A stretch of 53,349 nucleotides of DNA. It comes from Candidatus Iainarchaeum sp. Its GTDB lineage: Archaea > Iainarchaeota > Iainarchaeia > Iainarchaeales > DTGL01. The stretch lies in NCBI GenBank assembly GCA_026396995.1, contig JAPLVS010000060.1, positions 1-53,349 on the forward strand, in the 5' to 3' direction. The notes under the pieces were generated by a model. That model worked only from the letters and a program-made list of their open reading frames with translations. It was not told where the DNA came from and did not search any database. Of this stretch, positions 1-8,516 are shown piece by piece (the first letter of the stretch is position 1; each line of letters begins with the position of its first letter). A program made the translations under genes and the position numbers.

Positions 1-1032
1 ATGAGCGCTTGGACAGGCGGCACATCAAAATGCTGCGGCGACGACGGCGCAAGCGACGACACCTGCATTGCAGGCGGCGCTTCCTGTGTTGACGGCGCAT
101 ACCATGCGAGCCATTGCTCTGACGGCGTGCAGAACTGCGACGAAACCTACATCGATTGCGGCGGAGCCGACTGCCTTACCTGCATTTCAACAACAGTCGA
201 TGCCCCGAACACACCCGGCTATATCACCGCCGGAACATATTCACTACAGTTCAGCGCAATGAACAGGACAAGCAACGAAACTCATGCAAAACTCGCTTAT
301 TCTCCCACTGCAGGCTCTTTCACCAACACAATCCAGGCAGACATCCACCTCGAAGACTATGCAAGCGTTTCAGGGTTGTCCTGCGATGACGCGAATTTCC
401 GCGACTGGACCTCCTGCACTTATTCTTGGAATACCACAACCGCAACAGACGGCAATTACTATGTTGACATCAATGCCTGGAGTTCGCTTGGCTTCAGCTC
501 AAGCGATTCAAGCAATTCTTCCTTCATGATAGACAACAATCCGCCCTTCACTTCCAATAATGCGCCTTCAGGCTGGCAGTCAACAGATGTGAATGTCACG
601 CTTTCGTGCACCGACGGCACAGGCTCAGGCTGCTATGAAACAACCTGGTGCGTCAACCAGGACTTTTGGCTTAAGAAGAGCAGCAGCATTGCCTCGCTTT
701 GGTGGAATTCGAGTTGGGCTTACAGGAACCTTGTTTCCTTCAATAATTCCGGCAAGGTCGCGCAAAGCAATTATTCCGCACTGGTAAGAATGGATGTGAA
801 TAATTTCAATTTCGGTCTTGCAAAAAGCGACGGCTCTGACCTGCGCTTCGTGAATTCGGACAACAACGCAGTGCTCGACTATTTCTTCGACGAGTACGAC
901 AGCACCGCAAAAATCGCCACAATCTGGGTGAAGATTCCAGCATTGCTGGCAGACTCTAATTCGACCTACATTTACATGTATTACGGCAATGCGGCTGCAA
1001 GCGATGCGCAGGCAGCAAACTGGTTCCCGTGA
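1..1032 (+). CDS. C-terminal part of a Cys-rich cell-surface protein ending in a DUF2341-like domain; probably truncated by the window edge
   Basis: KCCGDD...HCSDGVQNCDETYIDCGGADC module and WWNSSWAYR...DGSDLRFV...IWVKIP...IYMYYGN (DUF2341-like). Both modules are paralogous to segments of 14361..21461. No signal peptide, so the true start is likely upstream. Confidence 0.7.
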   Translation: MSAWTGGTSKCCGDDGASDDTCIAGGASCVDGAYHASHCSDGVQNCDETYIDCGGADCLTCISTTVDAPNTPGYITAGTYSLQFSAMNRTSNETHAKLAYSPTAGSFTNTIQADIHLEDYASVSGLSCDDANFRDWTSCTYSWNTTTATDGNYYVDINAWSSLGFSSSDSSNSSFMIDNNPPFTSNNAPSGWQSTDVNVTLSCTDGTGSGCYETTWCVNQDFWLKKSSSIASLWWNSSWAYRNLVSFNNSGKVAQSNYSALVRMDVNNFNFGLAKSDGSDLRFVNSDNNAVLDYFFDEYDSTAKIATIWVKIPALLADSNSTYIYMYYGNAAASDAQAANWFP

Positions 1033-1079
1033 CAGGAACCCAAGAAGGCATTTAAACCTTTTAATGCCTATTTTTTGTA

Positions 1080-2090
1080 ATGGTTAAATTGTTGAAAGGG
1101 CAGGCAATTGAGGACCTTGAGCAAAAAATCAGCCAAAGGCTCAGGAAATTGAACGAAACAGTGGGCGAAGAGCTTGGTTTCGGCAAGCCCCCTTTCCGCA
1201 ATGCACTCGAATCCGTTGCCTTCATGAGCGGCCTGAAGCCGGCAATAGCATTCAGGATTCCTTACGACCGTGTGCGGTTTTTGGAAATAAAGGAATTCTG
1301 CAACAGGAACAATCTTTTTGCCAGGCACACTGCAGAGAAATTTGTCATCAACAGTAATACTGATTACACGAAATTTTTGCCTCTTGGAAGCGAAAAAAAA
1401 GGCGAAATCTATGTGTGCATTTCAAGTGAAAAGGAAAGGGCAGAAGCGGCCGCAAAGTCGTTTGCAAAGGACGTTGTGGTTTTCGGCAGGGCGATGGGCT
1501 ACCCTGAATGCTGCCTTGAATTCGGAGGAAGCCTTAGCAATAATGTGGGCAATGCGGAAAAAGAAAGAGGCGATTTTGTCTGGTCGAGGGCAAGAAACCG
1601 CTCTTACAGGAATTCGGAAAAATTTTCCCAATTGCTCAACGTCTTTTCTGGATTCTCCCTAATTCCGCACGTTCCCTGCCACCTTGACTGCGCTGAAAGC
1701 AAAAAATACGCGAAAAAAATGCTTGCCCTGATAAGGAAGCATGACAGCGCCCTGGCCAAAGACCTCCTTCTCTACCTGAAAATCCCGAGCCTTTTCTGGA
1801 ATTACTGCGATTACATCCTGTTTGACGGCACCGAAGAAAAAGGCGCACTGCATTATTCCGATTTGAAGTTGTACGCTGACTCCCCGAAGTTTTTCAGCCT
1901 GGCTCCGGATTACAAGGCTTCAACAAGGGCAAAGGAGGTTTATGGCTTTTTGAAGAAAGGAAACAATTTGAAGGATTCGAGGCTGTCCCTTGAAGTATTC
2001 CAAAACTCGCGCAAAACCGGCACAATCCTGAAAGAAAAGGAATTCGAGTTCTTCCTTGCCAATCCACAGAAAAGGAAAATCAAATTTTAG
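1080..2090 (+). CDS. DUF483-like Cys/His-motif protein at the edge of the Hxs cluster
   Basis: 336 aa; GRAMGYPECCLEF and LIPHVPCHLDC motifs; TTTAAA about 25 bp upstream. Confidence 0.55.
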   Translation: MVKLLKGQAIEDLEQKISQRLRKLNETVGEELGFGKPPFRNALESVAFMSGLKPAIAFRIPYDRVRFLEIKEFCNRNNLFARHTAEKFVINSNTDYTKFLPLGSEKKGEIYVCISSEKERAEAAAKSFAKDVVVFGRAMGYPECCLEFGGSLSNNVGNAEKERGDFVWSRARNRSYRNSEKFSQLLNVFSGFSLIPHVPCHLDCAESKKYAKKMLALIRKHDSALAKDLLLYLKIPSLFWNYCDYILFDGTEEKGALHYSDLKLYADSPKFFSLAPDYKASTRAKEVYGFLKKGNNLKDSRLSLEVFQNSRKTGTILKEKEFEFFLANPQKRKIKF

Positions 2091-2102
2091 CTTTGTTTGC
2101 TT

Positions 2103-2537
2103 TCAATTCTTTTCCAGTTCCACGGAATCGGATGGGTTGTTCATTTCCGTTTCATAGCATTTTTCACAGCACCATTTCAATTTCAGCGGCCTTGAACTGT
2201 CAATTGCCCCGCAGTCGGTCAGTTTCACCGAGCCTGTGTTTTGCGGCTGCAGCTGGCTTGTGATGCTTGCAATGTCTATCCCGTTCTTTTTTGGGATTGT
2301 GATTTCCGCTGAAACTATTATTTTGGCCCCGCTGTTGTAAAAAGGAACATTGAGCTTTCCTTCGATGCATTCGCTTTTGCCGTATTCGAGCACACAACCG
2401 TCATTTATTGCACCGTTCAAATCCGCTGCAGGCAAATTCACCGGATTAGTTATGTAGAAAAATATGCCGTATGTTGCGACGAACAGCAGGAAGAGCGCAG
2501 GCATCAGCCATTTGCTTTCGATTTTCCAGTCCATCAA
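2103..2537 (-). CDS. Single-pass membrane protein with a small Cys-containing extracellular domain
   Basis: N-terminal TM (WLMPALFLLFVATYGIFFYI); C-terminal WCCEKC; divergent from the 2588 gene across a shared TATA. Confidence 0.65.
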   Translation of the reverse strand: MMDWKIESKWLMPALFLLFVATYGIFFYITNPVNLPAADLNGAINDGCVLEYGKSECIEGKLNVPFYNSGAKIIVSAEITIPKKNGIDIASITSQLQPQNTGSVKLTDCGAIDSSRPLKLKWCCEKCYETEMNNPSDSVELEKN

Positions 2538-2555
2538 CCCATTTCTGTTCAGATA

Positions 2556-2563
2556 TTTATATA
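2556..2563. promoter_or_regulatory. TATA box (TTTATATA) between divergent genes
   Basis: About 25 bp upstream of ATG 2588 and about 20-25 bp upstream of ATG 2537 on the minus strand. Confidence 0.5.
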
Positions 2564-2587
2564 TCCCTTTTCCAGGCTCTTTCCCTT

Positions 2588-3514
2588 ATGGTCGAGCGCT
2601 TGGACTTAAAGCTGGGATTCAAATGCAACAACAATTGCCTCTCCTGCCCTGCAGCGCACCGCAGGCGCCTTGGCGACATGAGTACGGAACAAGCGAAAGA
2701 GCAGATTCTTGCCGGGAGGAAGGACGGCGCAATCGAAGTTGTCCTTACAGGTGGCGAGCCCACTGTGAGGCCGGACCTGGTTGAATTGGTGTGGTTTGCA
2801 AGGGAAAACGGCTATGAAAGAGTGCAATTGCAGACCAATGCCAGGATGCTTTCCTACAAATCGCTGGCAGTAAAGCTTGTTGAAGCAGGGGTAAACGATT
2901 TCTGTGTGGGACTGCATTCGGACACCGCGGAAATACAGGAGTTTTTGACCCAATGCCCAGGCTCTTTCCAGCAAACAATCCAGGGCATAAAAAACCTTGT
3001 GGCTTTGGGCCAACATGTTGCAATTAATTCGGTTGTCCACAAGCTGGATTTCGAAAGGCTCCCGAAGCGCGCAGAAATGGCTGTCGATTTGGGCGTCCAG
3101 CAATTCCAGCTCGCGTTCATACATTGCGCAGGCAATGCCATGAAAAACATCGATTTGCTTTTGCCGCGCAAATCCGAAGTCAAGCCTTTTGTGCATAAGG
3201 CGCTCGACATTGTCATTGAAGCAGGCCTAACCACAATGGTGGAAGCCTACCCTTATTGTTTCATGCAGGGCTATGAAAAATATTGCTCCGAACTCTATAT
3301 GCCGCCTTCTGAAATCAGGGATGCCGAAGGCGTTGTCGAGGACTTTGATGTTGTGCGCAAGGAAAGCGGCAAACTGAAAGGGCCGGAATGCCCGAAGTGC
3401 AGGTTTTTTGCAGTATGCGAAGGGCCCTGGAAGGAATACCCTGAAAAATTCGGCTGGAGCGAATTTGTTCCCATGAAAGGAAAAAAGGTCTTGAGGCAGG
3501 AGGACTTGCTTTGA
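2588..3514 (+). CDS. Radical SAM protein, HxsC-like paralog 1
   Basis: CNNNCLSC (CxxxCxxC), TGGEPT, QTNARM, EAYPYC, C-terminal CPKC-x5-CEG. ATG 2588 preferred over the ORF-track start at 2471. Confidence 0.9.
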   Translation: MVERLDLKLGFKCNNNCLSCPAAHRRRLGDMSTEQAKEQILAGRKDGAIEVVLTGGEPTVRPDLVELVWFARENGYERVQLQTNARMLSYKSLAVKLVEAGVNDFCVGLHSDTAEIQEFLTQCPGSFQQTIQGIKNLVALGQHVAINSVVHKLDFERLPKRAEMAVDLGVQQFQLAFIHCAGNAMKNIDLLLPRKSEVKPFVHKALDIVIEAGLTTMVEAYPYCFMQGYEKYCSELYMPPSEIRDAEGVVEDFDVVRKESGKLKGPECPKCRFFAVCEGPWKEYPEKFGWSEFVPMKGKKVLRQEDLL

Positions 3515-4098
3515 AACGGAAAACCGCCGCGCCCAAAAGGCAATATCTTGCCCTTATTGCCTTTTTTTCCGCCCTGTTTGTTTTCGGGTTGTTTTTGCTT
3601 TACATCAATATGAATTCAGGGCAGGGCAACGGAAACGGAGCACAGGCTTCTGCAACTCCGACTTCTTCAGTGCAGCCAACCAAAACTCCGGCGCCCACAC
3701 CGCAGCCTGAAGAAGAGATGGATTTGGGTTTTTATGTGAAAAAAGCCCTTGAAAAAGGTGAAGAGGGATGTGGTGATTCCCAGGAATGCCTGCGGCTTTT
3801 TTCTCTTGCTGAAAAAAACTGTTCTGGTTCCACAAATGAAAAGATTTTCTGCCTTGCTGTTTTCGATTCCAACAAAGATTACTGTGGATGGCTTAGCCTT
3901 GAATGGTATAAGGCCACCTGCATTGCGTTTTTGGATGGAAATGTGCAAGAATGCCTCGGGCTTAAGGCCGAAGCGGAAAGAATGCTCTGCGTGAAAGACT
4001 TGGCAGCCAACCTCGAGGAAATGGACTGCAATGCGCTTCCATCTGAGTTTGCGGCTATCTGCGGCGAGGAAAGGGCGAAAGGCACCATGGAAGAATAA
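3511..4098 (+). CDS. Membrane-anchored protein with a Pro/Thr linker and Cys-pair helical repeats
   Basis: TM segment, PTKTPAPTPQP linker, then repeated C-x(6-10)-C units (10 Cys). Confidence 0.75.
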   Translation: MKRKTAAPKRQYLALIAFFSALFVFGLFLLYINMNSGQGNGNGAQASATPTSSVQPTKTPAPTPQPEEEMDLGFYVKKALEKGEEGCGDSQECLRLFSLAEKNCSGSTNEKIFCLAVFDSNKDYCGWLSLEWYKATCIAFLDGNVQECLGLKAEAERMLCVKDLAANLEEMDCNALPSEFAAICGEERAKGTMEE

Positions 4099-4194
4099 GC
4101 TATGGATTGCTGCAGCCGGTGTTAGGTATTTATTTTTTTGGCATGATTAGTTCCTTGCCCTGATTATAGTCAGGAAACCGCCAAAGGCCCCACC

Positions 4195-5026
4195 ATGATT
4201 GAATTTTTTTTGGTTCCAGTTTTTGCAATCAGCCTAATCGCTTCAATCGAGGACTTCAAAAAAGGCATTATAAGGAACCATTTCATCCTTGCATTGCTTG
4301 CCCTTGGCATGCTCTTCCAGTTCTTTTCAGGAACCAGCCTGCCTGCGCTTGCAACTGTTTTGTCAGGCGCGCTTGCGATTTCCTTCCTTTTCTGGCTTGC
4401 CGGTTTATGGCCTGCCGGGGACGCAAAGCTTTTCTGGGCGTATTTTTTCTTTTTCCCGCCGGTGCTGCTCGGCGCGCAGTCGCTTTTGATGGATTTCCTG
4501 ACCAATATTTTCGTGCCGATTTTTTGCTTCATGTTTTTTGTCATACTTTACAGGAGCAGGCTCGGCCTTATCGGCGAGGCATTGAAGCCCCCGGGAATTT
4601 TACACGATTTCATTTGCGTTGATGCTTTTCAAAATAATCGCTGTTTTCGTTTTCTTCAGGTTTTTCATATTGTACCTTGCGTTCAAGCTTTACACGGACA
4701 AGGTGAAAATAAGCGAGCTCAGGGAAGGAATGGCGCCTGCGGAAGGCATTTTCAAGAAAGGCGATTCTTTTGAGAAAGAGGAATTCCTGCAGTCCTGCTT
4801 CACAGGCTATTTTTCGCAGAAAACAAGGAAATTCATCCACGGCCAGGAATCGCTTTCCGAAGAGGACGTGGAAAAAATCAAGGCGCTTGAAAAGCAGGGC
4901 AAATTCAAGTTCGATTCCCTGCTTGTCCACCAGGCACAGCCTTTCGCCTTGTTCATTTTCGCCGGCTTCCTTCTCACTCTTCTTTGCGCAGGCAGCGTTG
5001 TGACGTTTTTAAGGCTAGCCATATGA
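4195..5026 (+). pseudogene. A24 (FlaK/PibD-type) prepilin peptidase, split by a +1 frameshift at about 4588-4592
   Basis: The N-half has both catalytic Asp motifs (SIED, WPAGDAKL). The C-half in the next frame has the FlaK-type C-terminal domain (KVKISELREGMAPAE...QPFALFIFAGFLLT). Deleting one C from the C5 run fuses them into 276 aa (LKP-REFYTISF). Confidence 0.75.
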
Positions 5027-5061
5027 TTCTTTTTTTAATTGTTTTTTTGCCTGTTGTTTGT

Positions 5062-6018
5062 ATGTCGGTCAAGCGTTTTGACATCAAGCTCGGCTTCAAG
5101 TGCAACAATAACTGCCTTTGCTGCCCTGCCGCGGACAAAAAGTTTTTGGGCGACCAGGATTTGGCAAGCATAAAGCAAGAAATAACACTGGGTTTCAACG
5201 AAGGTTCCAGGGAAGTTGTGCTGACAGGCGGAGAGCCGACCGTCAGGAATGACCTCCTTGAAATAGTGGAATTCTGCAAAAGCACTGGTTTTGAATTTAT
5301 ACAACTCCAAACCAATGGCAGGATGTTTTCCTATGAAGGGTTCTGCAAAAAACTCATTGAAGCCGGAGTCAATGAGTTCGGCCCGAGCCTGCACGGCCCG
5401 AATGCAAAAATACACGATTATTTCACGCAATCGCCCGGTGCATTTGACCAGGTCGTGCAAGGGATAAAAAACCTCAAGGAACTAAACCAGAGGGTTATAA
5501 TAAATTCAGTAATCACAAAATTCAATTACCGCCTTTTGCCTGAAACAGCAAGGCTGTTTGTCTCTTTAGGTGTCGACCAGTACCAGTTCGTTTTCCCGCA
5601 CCTTGTCGGAAACGCGTGGAAGAATGCCGACCTCATCTGCCCAAAAAAATCCGAAGTGGAGCCTTTCCTCAAGGGAGGCCTTGAAGTCGGCATAAATGCA
5701 GGCATTCAGGTAATGGTTGAAGCATATCCTTTCTGTTTCCTTAAAGGGTTTGAAGTCTGCAGTTCCGACCTCTATATGCCGCCAGCCGACACTGCAGATG
5801 CGACAGGAATCCGCAAGGACCATCATTTGCTGCGGAGGGAAACAGGCAAGGTCAAGCACGCCAAATGCAAAAAATGCCGCTTTGGTCTTTTATGCGAAGG
5901 CCCCTGGAAGGAATACATTGCAAAGTTCGATTGGGATGAATTCAGGCCGGTTTCAGGGAAAAAAATAAAAAGCAAGGAGGAACTTTTTGAAACCTTTGGC
6001 AAGACAAAAGTTAAGTGA
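5062..6018 (+). CDS. Radical SAM protein, HxsC-like paralog 2
   Basis: KLGFKCNNNCLCC, TGGEPT, QTNGRM, EAYPFC, CKKC-x5-CEGPWKEY; closely similar to 2588..3514. Confidence 0.9.
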   Translation: MSVKRFDIKLGFKCNNNCLCCPAADKKFLGDQDLASIKQEITLGFNEGSREVVLTGGEPTVRNDLLEIVEFCKSTGFEFIQLQTNGRMFSYEGFCKKLIEAGVNEFGPSLHGPNAKIHDYFTQSPGAFDQVVQGIKNLKELNQRVIINSVITKFNYRLLPETARLFVSLGVDQYQFVFPHLVGNAWKNADLICPKKSEVEPFLKGGLEVGINAGIQVMVEAYPFCFLKGFEVCSSDLYMPPADTADATGIRKDHHLLRRETGKVKHAKCKKCRFGLLCEGPWKEYIAKFDWDEFRPVSGKKIKSKEELFETFGKTKVK

Positions 6019-6072
6019 AAAGGCGGCGGCGCTGTTTAACCTTTAAAATAGGTTGCCTTGTAAGGTATTTTC

Positions 6073-7524
6073 ATGGCCCAAAGCTTTTATGCGACCGAAT
6101 ATGTCGCTTCCACGCCTTATGCGGTCAACAGCTACAATTCCTTCAAGTTCGACGAAGACCATATCCTTGTAACGACAGAGCACAGCGCCTGGAGCGTCTT
6201 GTCAGAAAAAGAATTCGAGCTCCTGCGCTTGGGCAAAGTGCAGGAAGACCAGGGCCTGTTCAAGGAATTGGAGGAAAAAGGCATAATCCTGACCGAGAAA
6301 AACGCCCAGCAGGTCGTCAAAGACTATAAACTGAAAAAGAATTTTTTGTTTTCCAATCCTTCCCTCCACATAATCACGCCTACAATGCGCTGCAACCAGC
6401 GCTGCCTTTACTGCCACTCGGTTGCCAAACAGCCTAATGCAAAAGATGTTGATTTGGACTGGGCAACAGGCAAAGCCATAGTCGATTTTATCCTTAAATT
6501 CCCCCTGAAATCGTTCACTATCGAATTCCAGGGCGGGGACTGCCTCATGAATTTCGATGTCGCCAAAAAAATAATGGGCTATGCGCGGTCGAAATCCAAA
6601 AAAGCCGGGAAAAAAGTGAATTTTGCCCTTGTCTCCAACCTCACCTTAATGAATGACACCGTCCTTTCGAGCCTGGCCAAGTACAATGTCAAGGGCATTG
6701 CCACTTCATTAGATGGCCCGAAGGCAATACACGACAAAAACAGGCCTTTCCTGGGCGGTGCTGGCTCGTATGACAAAGCAGTATACTGGATTGACAGGAT
6801 AAGGGGCGAATGGAAGCACAGTTTCAACCTCAATGCCTTGTGCACAATAACAAAAAATTCGCTCGGCCATGAAAAGGAAATAGTCGACGAATATTTAAAG
6901 CACGGCCTGGTTTTCCTGTGGGTGCGGCCGCTCAACAACCTCGGCTTTGCAAAGGAAGAATGGGAAAAGATAGGCTATACTCCGGAAGAATTCCTCGCCT
7001 CTTGGAAAAAGTTCCTTGATTACATCATTGAAAAAAACCGCGAAGGGGAAAAAATAATGGAGCTTTTCACAGTGTTGTTCCTGAAAAAAATAATCACGAA
7101 ACGCGAACCCCAGATGGTCGACGTAATGTCGCCCTGCGGCGCCGCAATCGGCCAGCTTTTGTACAATTACAAAGGCGACATTTTCACCTGCGACGACGCC
7201 AAGGTTTTGCCCGAGTTCAGGCTCGGCAACGTGAAAACTTCGACTGCCAGGGACATATTCCTCAACCCGACGACAATTTCACTGGTCGACATCTCCTCGA
7301 AAAAGAATTTTTTGTGTGACCGCTGCCCCTGGGAACCGTACTGCGGCATTTGCCCGGTATATTCCTATTCTGCCGAAGGCACCATTGTTTCAAAGCTTGC
7401 AATGAACGACCGCTGCAAGGTTTACGGCAGCATGATAGAGCACATTTTCCGTAAAATACTTTTTTCACCTGAGGACAGGCGGATATTGTTTGGCTGGATA
7501 GAGGGCCAAAAAGTATTCAGTTGA
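6073..7524 (+). CDS. hxsB: His-Xaa-Ser system radical SAM/SPASM maturase HxsB
   Basis: LHIITPTMRCNQRCLYCH, IEFQGG, TSLDGPKAIHDKNR, SPCGAAIGQLLYNYKGDIFTCD, CDRCPWEPYCGICPV; lies in a cluster with a His-Xaa-Ser repeat peptide. Confidence 0.85.
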   Translation: MAQSFYATEYVASTPYAVNSYNSFKFDEDHILVTTEHSAWSVLSEKEFELLRLGKVQEDQGLFKELEEKGIILTEKNAQQVVKDYKLKKNFLFSNPSLHIITPTMRCNQRCLYCHSVAKQPNAKDVDLDWATGKAIVDFILKFPLKSFTIEFQGGDCLMNFDVAKKIMGYARSKSKKAGKKVNFALVSNLTLMNDTVLSSLAKYNVKGIATSLDGPKAIHDKNRPFLGGAGSYDKAVYWIDRIRGEWKHSFNLNALCTITKNSLGHEKEIVDEYLKHGLVFLWVRPLNNLGFAKEEWEKIGYTPEEFLASWKKFLDYIIEKNREGEKIMELFTVLFLKKIITKREPQMVDVMSPCGAAIGQLLYNYKGDIFTCDDAKVLPEFRLGNVKTSTARDIFLNPTTISLVDISSKKNFLCDRCPWEPYCGICPVYSYSAEGTIVSKLAMNDRCKVYGSMIEHIFRKILFSPEDRRILFGWIEGQKVFS

Positions 7525-7548
7525 ATTTATGGCAGCACAGGTGCCAAT

Positions 7549-8481
7549 GTGACTGAAGCAATAAAAACTGCAATCGTTTTGGGCTATAACTGCAACAACA
7601 ACTGCAGGTTCTGCCTCAGCCGGCACAAGAACGATTCAGTCAGGCCGCTTGGCACAAAAAAAGTCAAAGAAGAAATTGTTTTGGCGAGAAAGCGCGGTTC
7701 CGACAGGCTGGATTTTGTCGGCGGCGAGCCGACACTGAGGAAAGATTTGCCAGAACTGGTTTCCTTTGCAAAGGAAAACGGCTTTAAGTCGGTAAGAATC
7801 ACGACAAACGGCAGGATGTTTTCGCAAAAAAAATTCGCAGAAGAGCTTGTCGGCGCAGGGCTGACAATGGCGATTTTTTCAATCCACGGCCATACCGCGG
7901 AATTGCACGATTACCTTACAAGGGTCGATGGCTCTTATTCCCAGGCAGTCCAAGGGATGAAAAATGTAAGGGAGTTGGCTGAAGGCAGGCCTGACTGGGA
8001 GCAGATGGCAACAAACACGGTTATGGTCAGGCCGAACCTGAAATTCCTTGCACAAATAGCCGAACACAACATTGCGCTCGGTTCCAAAAACCTTGAATTC
8101 ATTTTCCCAGACCCGCAGGGCAATTGCTGGGATAATTTCGAGGAACTCGTGCCAAGGCTCCCGGAACTGATTGAACCTATGCGGAGTGTAATAAAGGCCG
8201 GGCAAAAGCACGGCCTGCACAGTTGCCTTATGAGATATTTGCCATTGTGCTATATGTACGGCTATTTCGAATACCTGAGCGAGTATTTGGCGGTCCGCCG
8301 CCAGAGGGAGCAGCACATAGGGCCGGACATATTTGACCTTGAAGTCGAAAAGTCGAGGCGCACTATCGCGAGGGTAAAAGGGCCGCAGTGCGCCGGCTGC
8401 AAGCGCTCTCCCGCATGCGAGGGCGTATTCAAGGAATATGTCCTGAAAAGGGGGTTTGAGGAACTGGTGCCGATGCCCTGA
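7549..8481 (+). CDS. Radical SAM protein, HxsC-like paralog 3
   Basis: CNNNCRFC, VGGEPT, TTNGRM, RYLPLC, KGPQCAGC-x5-CEG. Confidence 0.9.
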   Translation: MTEAIKTAIVLGYNCNNNCRFCLSRHKNDSVRPLGTKKVKEEIVLARKRGSDRLDFVGGEPTLRKDLPELVSFAKENGFKSVRITTNGRMFSQKKFAEELVGAGLTMAIFSIHGHTAELHDYLTRVDGSYSQAVQGMKNVRELAEGRPDWEQMATNTVMVRPNLKFLAQIAEHNIALGSKNLEFIFPDPQGNCWDNFEELVPRLPELIEPMRSVIKAGQKHGLHSCLMRYLPLCYMYGYFEYLSEYLAVRRQREQHIGPDIFDLEVEKSRRTIARVKGPQCAGCKRSPACEGVFKEYVLKRGFEELVPMP

Positions 8482-8516
8482 GCAGCTTGAATTTTGCGAT
8501 TGCCCAGCGCCGTTTT

